A DNA stretch of 48,308 bases from Dehalococcoidia bacterium (lineage in GTDB: Bacteria; Chloroflexota; Dehalococcoidia; Lucifugimonadales; UBA1127). A program made the position numbers and the translations under genes. Each line of letters begins with the position of its first letter. Positions within the stretch are counted from its first letter, which is position 1. Shown piece after piece: positions 36,379 to 45,531 of this stretch. The notes beneath the pieces are model-generated. The model was not told the DNA's origin, ran no database searches, and saw only the letters and a list, made by a program, of their open reading frames with translations. Location of the stretch: the NCBI GenBank assembly GCA_963694315.1, contig CAVOCU010000003.1, positions 1-48,308 of the forward strand, read 5' to 3'.

Positions 36379-36811
36379 ATGTCATCCTCTAAAAGAGTGC
36401 TGCTCTTGCTTGTGAGCTTGGCTCTGGTCTTGGCGACTCTCGCAGCATGCGAAAATAACCCTGGGCAGCCGTATAAGCCTGGCGATGGCAAATCAGTTAT
36501 AGAAGTCCCCGCAAACCAACTTGCTGATCCAACGCCGGGGGGAAACTAGATTCTCGTGTTTGTCTTGGATAAGAAAGCATACTATCCTGACGGTCTCCAT
36601 ATAGCCCAATCTGACGCATGCTCGTACGTGCACGTCCACGGTCCTGAAATATTTGCTGTTGTTCCCGATGCTCATCTCTATATTACAATGATAAAGACTA
36701 TAAGGGTTTCTCTGCTAAAGAGAGTGAGGGCGAGTGCGGCTATCGGGAACCGGACTTTCGTTTGATAAAGGACACCGACTCTGACGGGAAAGTGCTCCGA
36801 AAGCCATCTTA
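36379..36811 (+). pseudogene. Disrupted lipoprotein gene
   Basis: GGAGG RBS, signal MSSSKRVLLLLVSLALVLATLAAC, in-frame TAG at 36547-36549, probable frameshift near 36680. Confidence 0.6.
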
Positions 36812-36885
36812 GCTACTGGCTGAGGCACCCCCATCGGCAGATTGGTGATTACTGTTAGGAAAATGGCAGGTATAAGGAGGCGGTA

Positions 36886-37347
36886 TTGACTAGCGTAGAG
36901 ATTGGGTCACAAGCCCCGGAGTTCACGCTGGATGATTGTTACGGCAACACCGTTTCACTCTGTGACCTCAAAGGAAAGAAAGTACTGCTGTACTTCTACA
37001 CCAGCTCTGGCGGTGGAAACTGAACTCGCATGGCTCTCGGGTACCGGGAGAATGCCGATGCGTTTGCTGCCAAGAACCTTGTTGTCTATGGCATGAACGA
37101 TAAAGATGCTGAAAGTGCTCGGGAGTGGGTTGAGAAAGAACAACTACCGTTCACTGTGCTTTTAGATCAGGATAGAAGCGTAGGGATAGCCTACGGAATG
37201 TCAGCGGCATCGGCAGAGAGGTATGTTGCCATCAATGCTGAGGGACGTAGACCTGCGGTGGTGATTGATGAGGCTGGGCTAATAGCCGCGTGGGAGCCGG
37301 ACATGAACACCGTGGAGGAGATTAATAGCCTTATTGCAGGCCTCTAA
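36886..37347 (+). CDS. Selenocysteine-containing peroxiredoxin (Bcp/AhpC-TSA family)
   Basis: AAGGAGG then TTG 36886. Reads G..APEFTL.D..G..VSL.DLKGKKVLLYFYTSSGGGN-[TGA 37021]-TRMALG in frame with ORF 37030-37347. The TGA is at the peroxidatic position and is followed by a hairpin. Confidence 0.88.
37027..37062 (+). promoter_or_regulatory. Putative bacterial SECIS element
   Basis: CUCUCGG-GUA-CCGGGAG apical hairpin 11-27 nt after UGA, with lower stem CGCAU.GGC/GCC.AUGCG. Confidence 0.7.
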
Positions 37348-37365
37348 AGGGATAAATAGAGGGTA

Positions 37366-37440
37366 CCCTCACCACACAGCCACCACAGAAACAGCCCCTC
37401 ATAAAGAGGGGCTGTTTCTGTGGTGGCTGTGTGGTGAGGG
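37366..37440. repeat. Perfect 35-bp inverted repeat (terminator-derived) at island boundary
   Basis: Arms 37366-37400 and 37406-37440, loop ATAAA. Confidence 0.85.
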
Positions 37441-37476
37441 GGGAGGATTCGAACCCCCGACCTTTGGGTTATGAGC
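37390..37476 (-). repeat. att-like direct repeat: 3-prime half of tRNA-fMet plus terminator
   Basis: 37438-37476 matches 42874-42912 at 38/39 nt. Weaker similarity extends over 37390-37437 versus 42826-42873. Confidence 0.9.
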
Positions 37477-37711
37477 TTAACAGCTTTAAGGAAACCTCCC
37501 ATTTCAACCCCTCTTCTTAGTAGTTAGAGTTTCATGCGAAGATGATACACCTGCGGTCAACGCTTCCACTGTGGTAGAGCGTCAGCCCATGGCTCAGGCT
37601 GCCGACCATGCTCACGGTCAAGGTTAACGATTATCTGACCGATGAGGTTTGCTGGTGATAGTACCGCCTCTGATTCAAAGGAACCGGCAAGACGCAAGCT
37701 TGTTTCAATTT

Positions 37712-37764
37712 AAAAACAGACACCGCCGACTCATCAGAGTTCTGATGAATCGACGGTGTCTGTT
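37712..37764 (-). terminator. Rho-independent terminator for the NMT1-like gene
   Basis: Long stem whose mismatches become G-U pairs on the minus strand, ending in a U run. Confidence 0.75.
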
Positions 37765-37804
37765 CCAATCGTATTCGGCTAAGGAAGTATTCTTTTCGAG
37801 TATA

Positions 37805-38692
37805 TTAGCGGCTACCGGCGACCACTTCTTCGTATGAAGCGTGTCCAGTTTGATCATCCCCAAATATTCCCCACTCCAACATCCACCGGTGGGTCCGGTC
37901 AAACATATCTTTAGTGTAGGGCTCAAAGACCAAACGCTCTCCGATGCCAGCCTTACGGTAATCAAAATACTGATGGAATTTCTCAGGAAGCTCCGTAAGC
38001 AAATAGTGCTGATACTGTTCCTTGGCAACATCGATTTCACGCTGCGCGAGCTGCAAGGCATTGAAATATGCCCAGAGTTGTTCATCCGTGGCATCTCCGT
38101 TGATAAGGAAGCCAATCATAAAGCTGGTGTCAACAATCTTTCGAAAGCCTTGCTGCTCCAAGACATAGGAAGGCGTTCCGAAGACATTGGCGACTTGAAC
38201 ACGGCGATCCAAGGCTAGCTGGCACCGGTCCAAGGGGCCGCCCACGAACTGTAGTTTGATATCATCTTTTGCCAAAAATGGCTCAAGTGCTTGGATTGCT
38301 GAGAAGTGGCTTCCCGAGTGGTAGCCGACGGCGACTTCGACGCCAGCAAGGTCTTCAGGTGTTTTGATGTCAGACTCCGGCGCAACCCAAAGGCCAGCAG
38401 GGGTAACAGAATATGCATGCCCCCACATTCTGCCATGCTCTCCATGGGCCGCCATGTTGATGGCCCAGTGGCAAGCAGAACTGATCTCGCACTCACGGCC
38501 AGCCTCCAAGCCCTCAAAGGCCCCTCGCTTCACCTCAAGAGGTGCCTGGTCACTTGTGGTTACGCTGGGTTGGGCTGACTGCTGTGTCGAGCGCAGAAAT
38601 TCATAGTCGAGCCCCTCGTCAGCGAAATATCCCTTTTCTTCGGCAACCCACTCTTGTAATCGACTATGAGGCATGATTCGAAACTTCGCCAT
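37805..38692 (-). CDS. NMT1/THI5-like substrate-binding-fold protein without signal peptide
   Basis: WVAEEKGYFADEGLDYE, SDIKTPEDLAG..VAV..HSGSHF. AGGAGG RBS, no N-terminal hydrophobic segment. Confidence 0.8.
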   Translation of the reverse strand: MAKFRIMPHSRLQEWVAEEKGYFADEGLDYEFLRSTQQSAQPSVTTSDQAPLEVKRGAFEGLEAGRECEISSACHWAINMAAHGEHGRMWGHAYSVTPAGLWVAPESDIKTPEDLAGVEVAVGYHSGSHFSAIQALEPFLAKDDIKLQFVGGPLDRCQLALDRRVQVANVFGTPSYVLEQQGFRKIVDTSFMIGFLINGDATDEQLWAYFNALQLAQREIDVAKEQYQHYLLTELPEKFHQYFDYRKAGIGERLVFEPYTKDMFDRTHRWMLEWGIFGDDQTGHASYEEVVAGSR

Positions 38693-38763
38693 AAATCCCC
38701 TCCTACGAATGTAAAAGTTCAACCCCGGTAATTGCCAGGCATTATGGAACTAGGGAGTTTGTG

Positions 38764-38784
38764 TGTCAATAACCATTATTGACA
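38764..38784. promoter_or_regulatory. Inverted repeat operator-like site
   Basis: TGTCAATAA-CCA-TTATTGACA, with TTGACA on both strands. Confidence 0.5.
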
Positions 38785-38825
38785 ATCCTTCGTTCAATAA
38801 TTATTCGAGGTAGATAACAAGAATA

Positions 38826-40391
38826 TTAATCGTGAGCCGGTCCTGTTGTGCGTCGAGGGTAAGGGACACCTAGCAAAAGGAGGAACATGACACTCTTCCC
38901 TGCTGCGTGAGGAGATAAAAACGCAGTTACTTCGTCATCGAAGAACGTGAGACCAGTCGCGCCAAGGTGCAGCGCGTACGCCGAAAGGTAGAGCCTGCCT
39001 GCAGTGGTGCTAGCATCAAGCTGGGCGACGCGGTATCCTCGTGGCCCAAGATTTCTCATTATAGCTTTGAGATCCGTCATAAAATACATGTTCACGGCCG
39101 CATCATGGGCAAGAGCCTGATTAAGCCCTAGATGACCAGCCTCCACTCGGAAATTTCCTTCTTCTAAAAGCTCCAAATCTTGGCTCCGCTGGTGGTACAC
39201 ATATGAACCACTCGGTAGCCCTGTCACTGCATTGACGATGAGATAGATGTCGTTAAGGGAGAAACCGAGTTCCTTCACATAGTCTGCGTCTACACCCATG
39301 GTAGCCATTGATAGGATAGTGGACAGATGTTCGAAGCTAATAGGGGACTCTTTAAATCGGCGGGTCGAACCCCGGTGAAGAATAACCTCATTAATAGGTT
39401 CTCTGGGTTGCTGAGCGATGACTGAGGCAGAAAGTGGAGTCAGGCCCTCTTTCCTATCTGGTACAGGAAAAGTCATTTTACGCCCTCGCCATTGCTCTAC
39501 CCCAGCGGTATCTGTGAACGAAGATGCAAGATGAGTCGAACGTATAAGGGGATAATCGAATTCCTGAGGTGAATAGGGAAGAATTTGCAACTTTAGCCGT
39601 TCAGGTGCAGGAGCGGGGTCTACAGCCATCAATGGGACCCGTCCAACGGGTACTAGAAAAAGAGCTGCTTCGCTCAATCCGTCCACATCCACAACTTGAT
39701 TCACATATTCGTCGACAAAGCCTGTTACAACCTTTGCAGAAACATTGAGACTGCTTGCTATGGCCAACGTATTGGCCAAAATAGTTCCTCCGTCCCAAAA
39801 TGCATGACGATATGCCCTGGATTTATACTTCCATGCGTTGCGCCAGAATACGCTCGTGTAAACTATCGTTGCAGGAGCATTCGCCACGTCTCTATTGCCA
39901 GATGTGGCTTCTATGAGCGCACCTCGGAAATCACCAACTCGGATTTGCCTAAGGGAGTTGTCGTGGGCGCCATATTGGTAGACCCCCGCCCGAAGTTGCG
40001 GTAAATCTCCGCACACCACGTACATCTCAACGTGATACATAGCTCCGGTACATGAGGCTGCACGGAATGCCATCCGCCCGCCGGGCACAGTCAACCATTT
40101 TGTGATGCCCGCTGACAGCTTGAGCATCATGGCTATTTTTTCCAAGTTTGGTATAGATTCCGTTTGCGATGGCGTCAAATTACAGGAGATAGCGCCAAGA
40201 GCCGGGAAGGTGGAGGTAACCTTCCCGTCCGGTAGAGGTAGAGGTAGAGACCCAAGCCTACGATAGAGTTTGTACAGCCGAGGCAGGTTGGAAAAATCCA
40301 GTTTGTCGTTGGAGGCGTTAACGCTTTCAACCGTGTGGTTGGTAGCACGATGGTAATCCAAAACCGCATTGATGTTCTCATCTAACGTCAT
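38826..40391 (-). CDS. SagB/ThcOx family dehydrogenase (tandem nitroreductase domains)
   Basis: YH..TNH, FRAASCTGA.Y..E.Y, WRNAWKY..RAYRH..WD.G, RGSTRRF, GATGLTFFDD. Confidence 0.9.
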   Translation of the reverse strand: MTLDENINAVLDYHRATNHTVESVNASNDKLDFSNLPRLYKLYRRLGSLPLPLPDGKVTSTFPALGAISCNLTPSQTESIPNLEKIAMMLKLSAGITKWLTVPGGRMAFRAASCTGAMYHVEMYVVCGDLPQLRAGVYQYGAHDNSLRQIRVGDFRGALIEATSGNRDVANAPATIVYTSVFWRNAWKYKSRAYRHAFWDGGTILANTLAIASSLNVSAKVVTGFVDEYVNQVVDVDGLSEAALFLVPVGRVPLMAVDPAPAPERLKLQILPYSPQEFDYPLIRSTHLASSFTDTAGVEQWRGRKMTFPVPDRKEGLTPLSASVIAQQPREPINEVILHRGSTRRFKESPISFEHLSTILSMATMGVDADYVKELGFSLNDIYLIVNAVTGLPSGSYVYHQRSQDLELLEEGNFRVEAGHLGLNQALAHDAAVNMYFMTDLKAIMRNLGPRGYRVAQLDASTTAGRLYLSAYALHLGATGLTFFDDEVTAFLSPHAAGKSVMFLLLLGVPYPRRTTGPAHD

Positions 40392-40532
40392 GGTTCTCCC
40401 CCTCTAAGAAAATTGATACACCGGGTGTTGGCTTTGACGAGGCTATCTTCTCAGAAGCACACGCTCCTCCCAAGAGAAGTGCAACCCCGGTATACCGTCG
40501 TGGGGGCCGGGAAGGCAACGCCGACCCCGCTG

Positions 40533-40691
40533 CTAGATGGATTTGCTGCTTCTATCAGATAAAGGTCCCGCGATTAATCTATTCCTGAAATCGGTTTTAC
40601 TATACGAACGCCCTGATTGCTCTAGAGCCAACATCTCCATGTAAGATCTAACACTTTCAAGCAATTCATCGGCTGACCGGTCATTAGCCAT
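40533..40691 (-). pseudogene. N-terminal remnant resembling HNH/restriction endonuclease N-domain
   Basis: EL...V.SY..ML..E..G..Y.K...R..L...L..RS.KSI, then stop. GGAGG RBS. Confidence 0.5.
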
Positions 40692-40917
40692 TACACACCC
40701 TCCCTTAGACCACACCAACAAGCAAGAGCAGGGGCATCAGGTGGATTTTCATGCGGGGATGATATACCTAACGGTCAACGATGAAAATCAGGGATCCTTG
40801 TTCTAGAGCAATTCGTTTCCGGCTCCTACACCAACCTCCTATACCCTGGCTACTTCCCCGACGTGGCATGACCTCCCTGTATTGTCCCAAACGCTATTCA
40901 GGGCATAGACTGCCGCC

Positions 40918-41529
40918 ATGCTTCATATGAATCGTCCCCTACTGGTATCGCTCACTGTGGTGTTCGCGCTCTTGGTAGCGTGTAGCAGCACCGAGCCCAG
41001 CAACCTAACACCTTCCACAAGCCAGTTCCAACAAGCACGGGTGGTCAACATAGTGGATGGAGACACCATTGACGTGCTCATCGGTGGCCAGGAGTTCAGG
41101 TTGCGGTACATTGGGATGGATACGCCAGAGCGAGGAGAGTTGGGATTTGCTGAAGCTACCGATGCTAATGCTGCGCTGGTCTCAGGCAAGACGGTGACGC
41201 TGGAGAAGGACATCTCTGAGACTGATCGGTTCGAACGGCTCTTGCGCTATGTGTACGTAGACGGAGAGATGGTGAACGCTACACTCGTGGAGGAAGGCTA
41301 CGCCGTACCAGCAACGTTCCCTCCCGACGTGAAGCATGTAGACCTGTTCCGGGAGTTGGCGGGAATAGCGGGTTCAACGGGGTCAACTATCTTTGCAGAC
41401 CAGGATTGTGGGGACTTCGCCAGTCAAAGAGAGGCCCAAGCGTTCTTCGTATTTCGAGGTGGCCCTAATGACGACCCTCATAGGCTTGATGGTAACCGTG
41501 ATGGAGTAGCCTGTGAATCGCTTCCATGA
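40918..41529 (+). CDS. Thermonuclease (SNase) lipoprotein with C-terminal Excalibur domain
   Basis: Lipobox LVAC, VDGDTI, RYIG.DTPE, DRF.RLLRYVY, DC.DF...AQ.F...DPH.LDG..DG.ACE. Confidence 0.92.
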   Translation: MLHMNRPLLVSLTVVFALLVACSSTEPSNLTPSTSQFQQARVVNIVDGDTIDVLIGGQEFRLRYIGMDTPERGELGFAEATDANAALVSGKTVTLEKDISETDRFERLLRYVYVDGEMVNATLVEEGYAVPATFPPDVKHVDLFRELAGIAGSTGSTIFADQDCGDFASQREAQAFFVFRGGPNDDPHRLDGNRDGVACESLP

Positions 41530-41703
41530 CACCACTATGGGCCCCTTCCATCCGTCCCTCTGGAACTCCCAAACCTATGGATCCCATTGTTGTACCGCGC
41601 ACGCACTGCCGGCGGTGTCCTTCCAGGACATTCTTGCACGCGTCTGAGAAGAGTTACTCTGCTCCTACACCACATGAACCTTGGTCGCAAAGAGGAGGAA
41701 TTT

Positions 41704-42021
41704 ATGACTCACGTCGCTTTGGTAGGAGACTCGGCATTTGATAACCTCGTGTATGTAGAACCGGGCATTGATGTGCAACAACAACTCCGGGAAGCTCTCC
41801 CGTCACCCTGGAAGGTCACTTTGAGCGCCATCGACGGAAGTATCACTGATGATGTGTTGGAGCAACTCGAAGAACTTTCTGAAGGGGTGTCCCCTATCGT
41901 TGTCAGCGTAGGAGGGAATGATGCTCTGCAGAACATGCCCATTCTCTCTGAGCAAGTCTCAACTGTCGCCACGCCATTTGCAGTCTTACTATGCCGACAA
42001 GATGCAAAACGGACGGCGTGA
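41704..42021 (+). pseudogene. N-terminal fragment of SGNH/GDSL hydrolase
   Basis: GAGGAGG RBS, VGDS.FDN, A.DG, VSVGGND. Truncated where the integrase sequence begins. Confidence 0.75.
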
Positions 42022-42814
42022 CGGTAAGGGAGGACTAAGCCCAAGAACTGTGCGCCATCACCACCGGACGATCCATGACGCTTTGCAGCATGCTGTCAGG
42101 TGGGGACTTGTGCTGCGGAACGTCGCACAGGCAGTTGACCCGCCAAGATTTTCGAACAAAGAAATGATGACCCTTGACCAAGTCAGCGTACAAGGGTTTC
42201 TAGAGGTTGCTCGTGAAAGCGAATACTTCCCATTGTTTCATCTACTACTGTTCACCGGAATGCGCCGACCAGAGGCACTAGGCCTCCACTGGCAAAACAT
42301 TAATCTGGATTTGCTGACACTATCTGTTGTCCACGTGATGCATCAGCTTAAGGGCGGCACCGTCATGTTTCGTGAGCCGAAGAGCGCTCGCAGTCGAAGA
42401 CTCGTTGACCTTACGCCTTCGTCGGGGTTGGTCCTTCGGGAATGGCGGAGCCATCAAGAGGCTGTACTGGGCCGCCCTATTTCGTCTAATGACCTGATAG
42501 TCACCCTTCCAGGTGGTTCACCGATGTTACCGGATTCCGTTACTCATGCGTTCACCAAGTTGGTAAGGGCTCATGGTTTTAATGGTTTACGGTTGCATGA
42601 CCTACGGCATTCTCATGCTACTTTGATGCTACAGCAGGGAATTCATCCGAAGATCGTTCAAGAGCGTCTCGGCCATTCCAGTATCCAGGTAACGCTAGAC
42701 ATATACTCCCATGTCGCACCTGGGATGCAGAGGGCTGCAGCGCTTCGATTTGAAGAAGGTCTGACGGCGAGCGTGACAGACACGCAAAAGCCTGTACTTC
42801 AAACGCTTCATTAG
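41957..42814 (+). pseudogene. 5-prime-truncated tyrosine integrase
   Basis: TGMRR.E.LGL.W, PKS, LHDLRH, ERLGHS, YSH catalytic set. N-terminal domains and a start with RBS are missing. Confidence 0.85.
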
Positions 42815-42866
42815 CAAACAAAGACAACAGCCCCTCTCATGAGGGGCTGTTTCTGTGGTGGACATG

Positions 42867-42941
42867 TGGTAGCGGGGGGAGGATTCGAACCTCCGACCTT
42901 TGGGTTATGAGCCCAACGAGCTGCCGCTGCTCCACCCCGCG
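42867..42941 (-). tRNA. Initiator tRNA-fMet(CAT)
   Basis: CGCGGGG...CCCGCTACCA, unpaired C1, GGG/CCC anticodon stem, CTCATAA loop, GGTTCGAATCC. Confidence 0.96.
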
Positions 42942-43106
42942 TCGTACATTCCCTTGGTGGAATGATGCCTATCTACTTTACACCCATAGGCTATGACCGT
43001 CTAGTCCAAAATTCGTCGCGAATCCCCATAATAGCTACTGCGCTTGCCCTGAACCCCCAACCTCGCTAACTTGCCCCAACATCCTCCGTGGAGATATCAT
43101 GTTTTG

Positions 43107-44276
43107 ATGGATAACCGTGAGGTCATCGGAACCCGCTCAGCGGAGCTGGCAGCCTTCGTCTACGATGACCGACTCACCCGCCACGTCCTCAGCGATACCC
43201 ACGTCTTCGTCCCTGCCCGACTTCGCTACACCTACGAGCTGCTGAACGCCTTTGGTGCCTTTGACCTGGACAACGCCCTATTAACAGCCCCGCGCCAGGC
43301 AAACGTGGATGAGTTGCTGTCCTTCCACACTGCGGGGTACGTTGATGCCGTTTCAGCCATCAGCCAGGGGCAGTGTCTGTCAGATGTTGTAACATACGGG
43401 TTATCCTCTGGCGGGGATAATCCCGTCTATGCCAATATGTATGATTCGGCCCTCTGGACCACTGGCGCGTCGCTCACCGCCGCCGATGAGCTTCTGAGCG
43501 GTCGATGTGCGGTAGCCGTGAACTTCTCCGGCGGCCTCCACCACGCCATGCCAAACCACGCCTCTGGATTCTGCATCTTCGACGACCCGGTGGTCGCTAT
43601 CAAACACATGACCGCCGCCGGGGCGCGTGTGGCCTATGTGGACATTGATTGCCACCACGGCGATGGCGTTCAGGCCGGCTTCTACGAGACCGACCAGGTG
43701 CTGACCATATCGCTGCATGAGTCGGGAGAGTTTCTCTTCCCTGGCACAGGCTTCACCCACGAGGCGGGCGTCGGCGCGGGGCGAGGGTACGCCGTTAACG
43801 TGCCCCTCTTCCCAAACACTGACGATGACACGTACCTCTGGGCGTTTCGAGAGGTGGTGCCGCCCCTGGTGACCGCTTTCAAGCCTGACGTTCTGGTGAC
43901 GCAACTCGGCATAGACACCCACGTCCTTGACCCCATCACCCACCTGCGCCTGACGGTTCAAGGGTACACGCGTGTTGTCGAGGAGCTTGCACAGCTATCG
44001 CCGGGCAAGTGGCTGGCGTTGGGCGGTGGCGGATACAACATGAGCGCCGTCATGCGGGCGTGGACGAAGGCCTATGGCGTCATGCTGGGTCACCAGTGGC
44101 CGGAAGCAGCCCCGGAGTCCTTTGCATCGGACTACGACGTTAGTCGCCTTGACGATCCTGAGCAGCAACCACTGCCACCGGACATAGCGGAGCAAGTGCG
44201 CAAGTACACTGAGAACAGTGTCGCAGAGGTGAAGCGCAACGTGTTCCCCTCCCACGGCCTCTTGGGATTGGCCTAG
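43107..44276 (+). CDS. acuC: Histone deacetylase-like amidohydrolase (AcuC family)
   Basis: GGLHHA...ASGFC, YVDIDCHHGDGVQ, SLHE, FPGTG, Q.G.DTH..DP, GGGGY. Confidence 0.88.
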   Translation: MDNREVIGTRSAELAAFVYDDRLTRHVLSDTHVFVPARLRYTYELLNAFGAFDLDNALLTAPRQANVDELLSFHTAGYVDAVSAISQGQCLSDVVTYGLSSGGDNPVYANMYDSALWTTGASLTAADELLSGRCAVAVNFSGGLHHAMPNHASGFCIFDDPVVAIKHMTAAGARVAYVDIDCHHGDGVQAGFYETDQVLTISLHESGEFLFPGTGFTHEAGVGAGRGYAVNVPLFPNTDDDTYLWAFREVVPPLVTAFKPDVLVTQLGIDTHVLDPITHLRLTVQGYTRVVEELAQLSPGKWLALGGGGYNMSAVMRAWTKAYGVMLGHQWPEAAPESFASDYDVSRLDDPEQQPLPPDIAEQVRKYTENSVAEVKRNVFPSHGLLGLA

Positions 44277-44480
44277 GGTTTAACCCCTTTGCTGACCTTC
44301 CTCATTGTTAATAAATGGATTTAACGATGGTTATGGCCTCTATGTTCCATCTCTGCGTTTATTGAACCAACTGCCATCTCCCCCCGTTACACATCCAGTC
44401 AAATCTTGCCGAACTACGTACAGTGAGCCATGAGCCTCTGAAACGAATAAAGCCCTAATGGGGCCATAGGGGAGACGGTT

Positions 44481-45410
44481 ATGAATCATCTAATAGTTGA
44501 TGGGTCACCTAAGCTGAAATCGCCGATTATGCTGGTGTCGTTCTCCGGTTGGCCAGACGCCCATGACGCTGCGACTGGTGCCATCAAGTACCTCTCCAGC
44601 CAGCTCCATGCCAAGAAGTTCGCAGCAATAGATCCTGAAGAATTCTACGTTTTCACTCGAACGCGACCTCAAGCACGCAACAACGACGTTGGTGAGCGGG
44701 AGATGCAGTGGCCTTCTAACGAATTTTCCTACTGGCACGACGATTCGACTGCACGAGACCTGCTGCTCTTCTCCGGCGTAGAGCCCCAACTAAAATGGAA
44801 GACCTACACTTCTGCCATCGTGGATATGGCCGTGAAGCATCGGGTGGAAATGGTGATTGTTCTGGGAAGCCTGATGGATTCGGTTCCGCATACCAGGGCA
44901 GCAAAAGTTTCAGGTTCAGCCAACGTCAGGGACATAGCAGAGCTTCTGGAGCAGGACAACGAAGCACACTCCGGCTATGAAGGCCCCACCGGCGTGACCA
45001 CGGCCCTCATGGAGGCATGCGCTAAGAGTGGAATCAAGTACGCGTCCATGTGGGGACATACCCCTCACTACCTCCAAGCCACTCCCAACCTCCGCGTCTC
45101 CCTTGCTCTGGTCGAGAGAATCGCCAGGGTTCTGGGTCTGAATGTCAGCCTTGCTGATTTGGAGGAGACCTGCGGGACGTATGACCAGCGTGTGCTCCGA
45201 TCAATGGTCAACACCGTTGAGACTACCTCGTATATACAGGGGTTGGAGGACAGGTACGATCAGGCTGCTGAAGTCAGGTTAGATGAGTCTCACTCTGAGC
45301 TTCCAAGTTCTGATGCTGTCATAGAGGAACTGGAAGCGTTTTTCCGTGAATTTTCTCCGCACGAAAACGTTGACCTTGATGGCCCTGACGATATTGCTGT
45401 CAGAGGCTAG
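44481..45410 (+). CDS. PAC2 (proteasome assembly chaperone) family protein
   Basis: F.GW.DA..AAT, IDPEEFY.F...RP, G.EP...W, VPHTR, YEGPTG, W...PHY. Confidence 0.9.
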   Translation: MNHLIVDGSPKLKSPIMLVSFSGWPDAHDAATGAIKYLSSQLHAKKFAAIDPEEFYVFTRTRPQARNNDVGEREMQWPSNEFSYWHDDSTARDLLLFSGVEPQLKWKTYTSAIVDMAVKHRVEMVIVLGSLMDSVPHTRAAKVSGSANVRDIAELLEQDNEAHSGYEGPTGVTTALMEACAKSGIKYASMWGHTPHYLQATPNLRVSLALVERIARVLGLNVSLADLEETCGTYDQRVLRSMVNTVETTSYIQGLEDRYDQAAEVRLDESHSELPSSDAVIEELEAFFREFSPHENVDLDGPDDIAVRG

Positions 45411-45434
45411 TCCCACTCCTTAAAACGAATAGAC

Positions 45435-45478
45435 AAAAAGAGACACCCCCTGATTTGGTAGGGGGTGCCTCTTTTTTA
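45435..45478. terminator. Bidirectional rho-independent terminator
   Basis: AAAAGAGACACCCCCT...AGGGGGTGCCTCTTTTTT between the convergent PAC2 gene and dnaK. Confidence 0.85.
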
Positions 45479-45531
45479 ATAACGTTCTTTGGTAACCGTG
45501 AGGTCACTTGGGTCAAGGGCTATGCCCTTGT

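Larger units (their letters stand above)
37390..42912. mobile_element. Decayed genomic island integrated at tRNA-fMet
   Basis: Flanking tRNA-derived direct repeats, truncated tyrosine integrase next to the tRNA, and gene remnants inside. Confidence 0.85.

Noticed and set aside
38826-40391. Thiazole/oxazole RiPP cluster
   Set aside because: No YcaO, no transporter and no Cys/Ser/Thr-rich precursor ORF found nearby.
8688-40535. In-frame TAG codons at 8688, 36547 and 40533 as amber recoding (pyrrolysine or alternative code)
   Set aside because: The same genes also have frameshifts or truncations, and many intact genes here (ppdK, mutS2, senA) end in TAG. Ordinary pseudogenisation is simpler.
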